DNA from: an uncultured Bacilli bacterium
Lineage (GTDB): Bacteria > Bacillota_I > Bacilli_A > RF39 > UBA660
NCBI GenBank assembly: GCA_944358805.1
Contig: CALVSD010000001.1
Span: 1 to 44,205 of the forward strand
Length of the DNA stretch: 44,205 bases
Reading direction: 5' to 3'
Shown here: positions 44,128 to 44,205 of the stretch, one piece after another
How the letters are laid out: each line of letters starts with the position of its first letter
Numbering within the stretch: position 1 is the first letter of the stretch
The notes under the pieces: generated by a model
Told to the model about the DNA's origin: nothing
The model's input: only the letters and a program-made list of their open reading frames with translations
Databases searched by the model: none
Program-made: the position numbers and the translations under genes

Positions 44128-44205
44128 TTGAAAAAAATAAAACACATTTTTGAAGAAAAAAGGGTAGAAGTCCCCTTACCCCAAATTGATATCAAAAAAT
44201 CATGT
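44128..44205 (+). CDS. 5' end of the T-box-controlled gene (product not identifiable from 26 codons)
   Basis: GAGGTGG RBS (44116-44122), a 5-nt spacer, then a TTG start. The frame stays open to the window edge (MKKIKHIFEEKRVEVPLPQIDIKKSC). Confidence 0.4.
   Translation, partial: MKKIKHIFEEKRVEVPLPQIDIKKSC

Overview
This window is the replication-origin region of a very AT-rich Bacillota (Firmicutes) chromosome (about a quarter G+C by eye, not computed), using the standard genetic code. From left to right it holds: a decayed spoIVA 3' end; hup; an operon of two VUT/DUF165 transporters plus an XRE-S24 repressor; a WG-repeat protein; a DUF2229 pair; rpoE; argS; ywiB; a class A PBP; and then the minus-strand block noc-like, SPFH, rsmG, mnmG, mnmE, jag, yidC, rnpA, rpmH. 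rpmH is absent from the ORF track. The coding strand switches at oriC. The plus-strand block is: a stand-alone HerA-like ATPase, a DnaA-box cluster, dnaA, a second DnaA-box cluster with an AT-rich unwinding region, dnaN, a ComK-family gene, recF, gyrB and gyrA. A 1.07 kb ORF-free gap follows. After it come a small SRP RNA, tadA, dnaX, ybaB, recR, bofA, holB, ricT, a tRNA m6A methyltransferase, rsmI, pth, mfd, spoVT, a kinase-like protein and a T-box leader. The most interesting signals are non-coding. Four 16-bp matches to the ParB site parS (TGTTNCACGTGAAACA) sit within 817 bp of the gap after gyrA. Five copies of the Noc-binding palindrome (TATTTCCCGGGAAATA) sit at gene ends or 5' leaders. 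The only ParB-family protein in the window has a Noc-type recognition helix. It lacks the N-terminal membrane-targeting helix and carries a roughly 230-aa Asn/Ser-rich insertion. It lies next to an SPFH protein, and no soj-spo0J follows it. A HerA-like ATPase with no partner gene is wedged between rpmH and the dnaA-proximal DnaA boxes. All family assignments come from motif recognition by eye; no database search was run.
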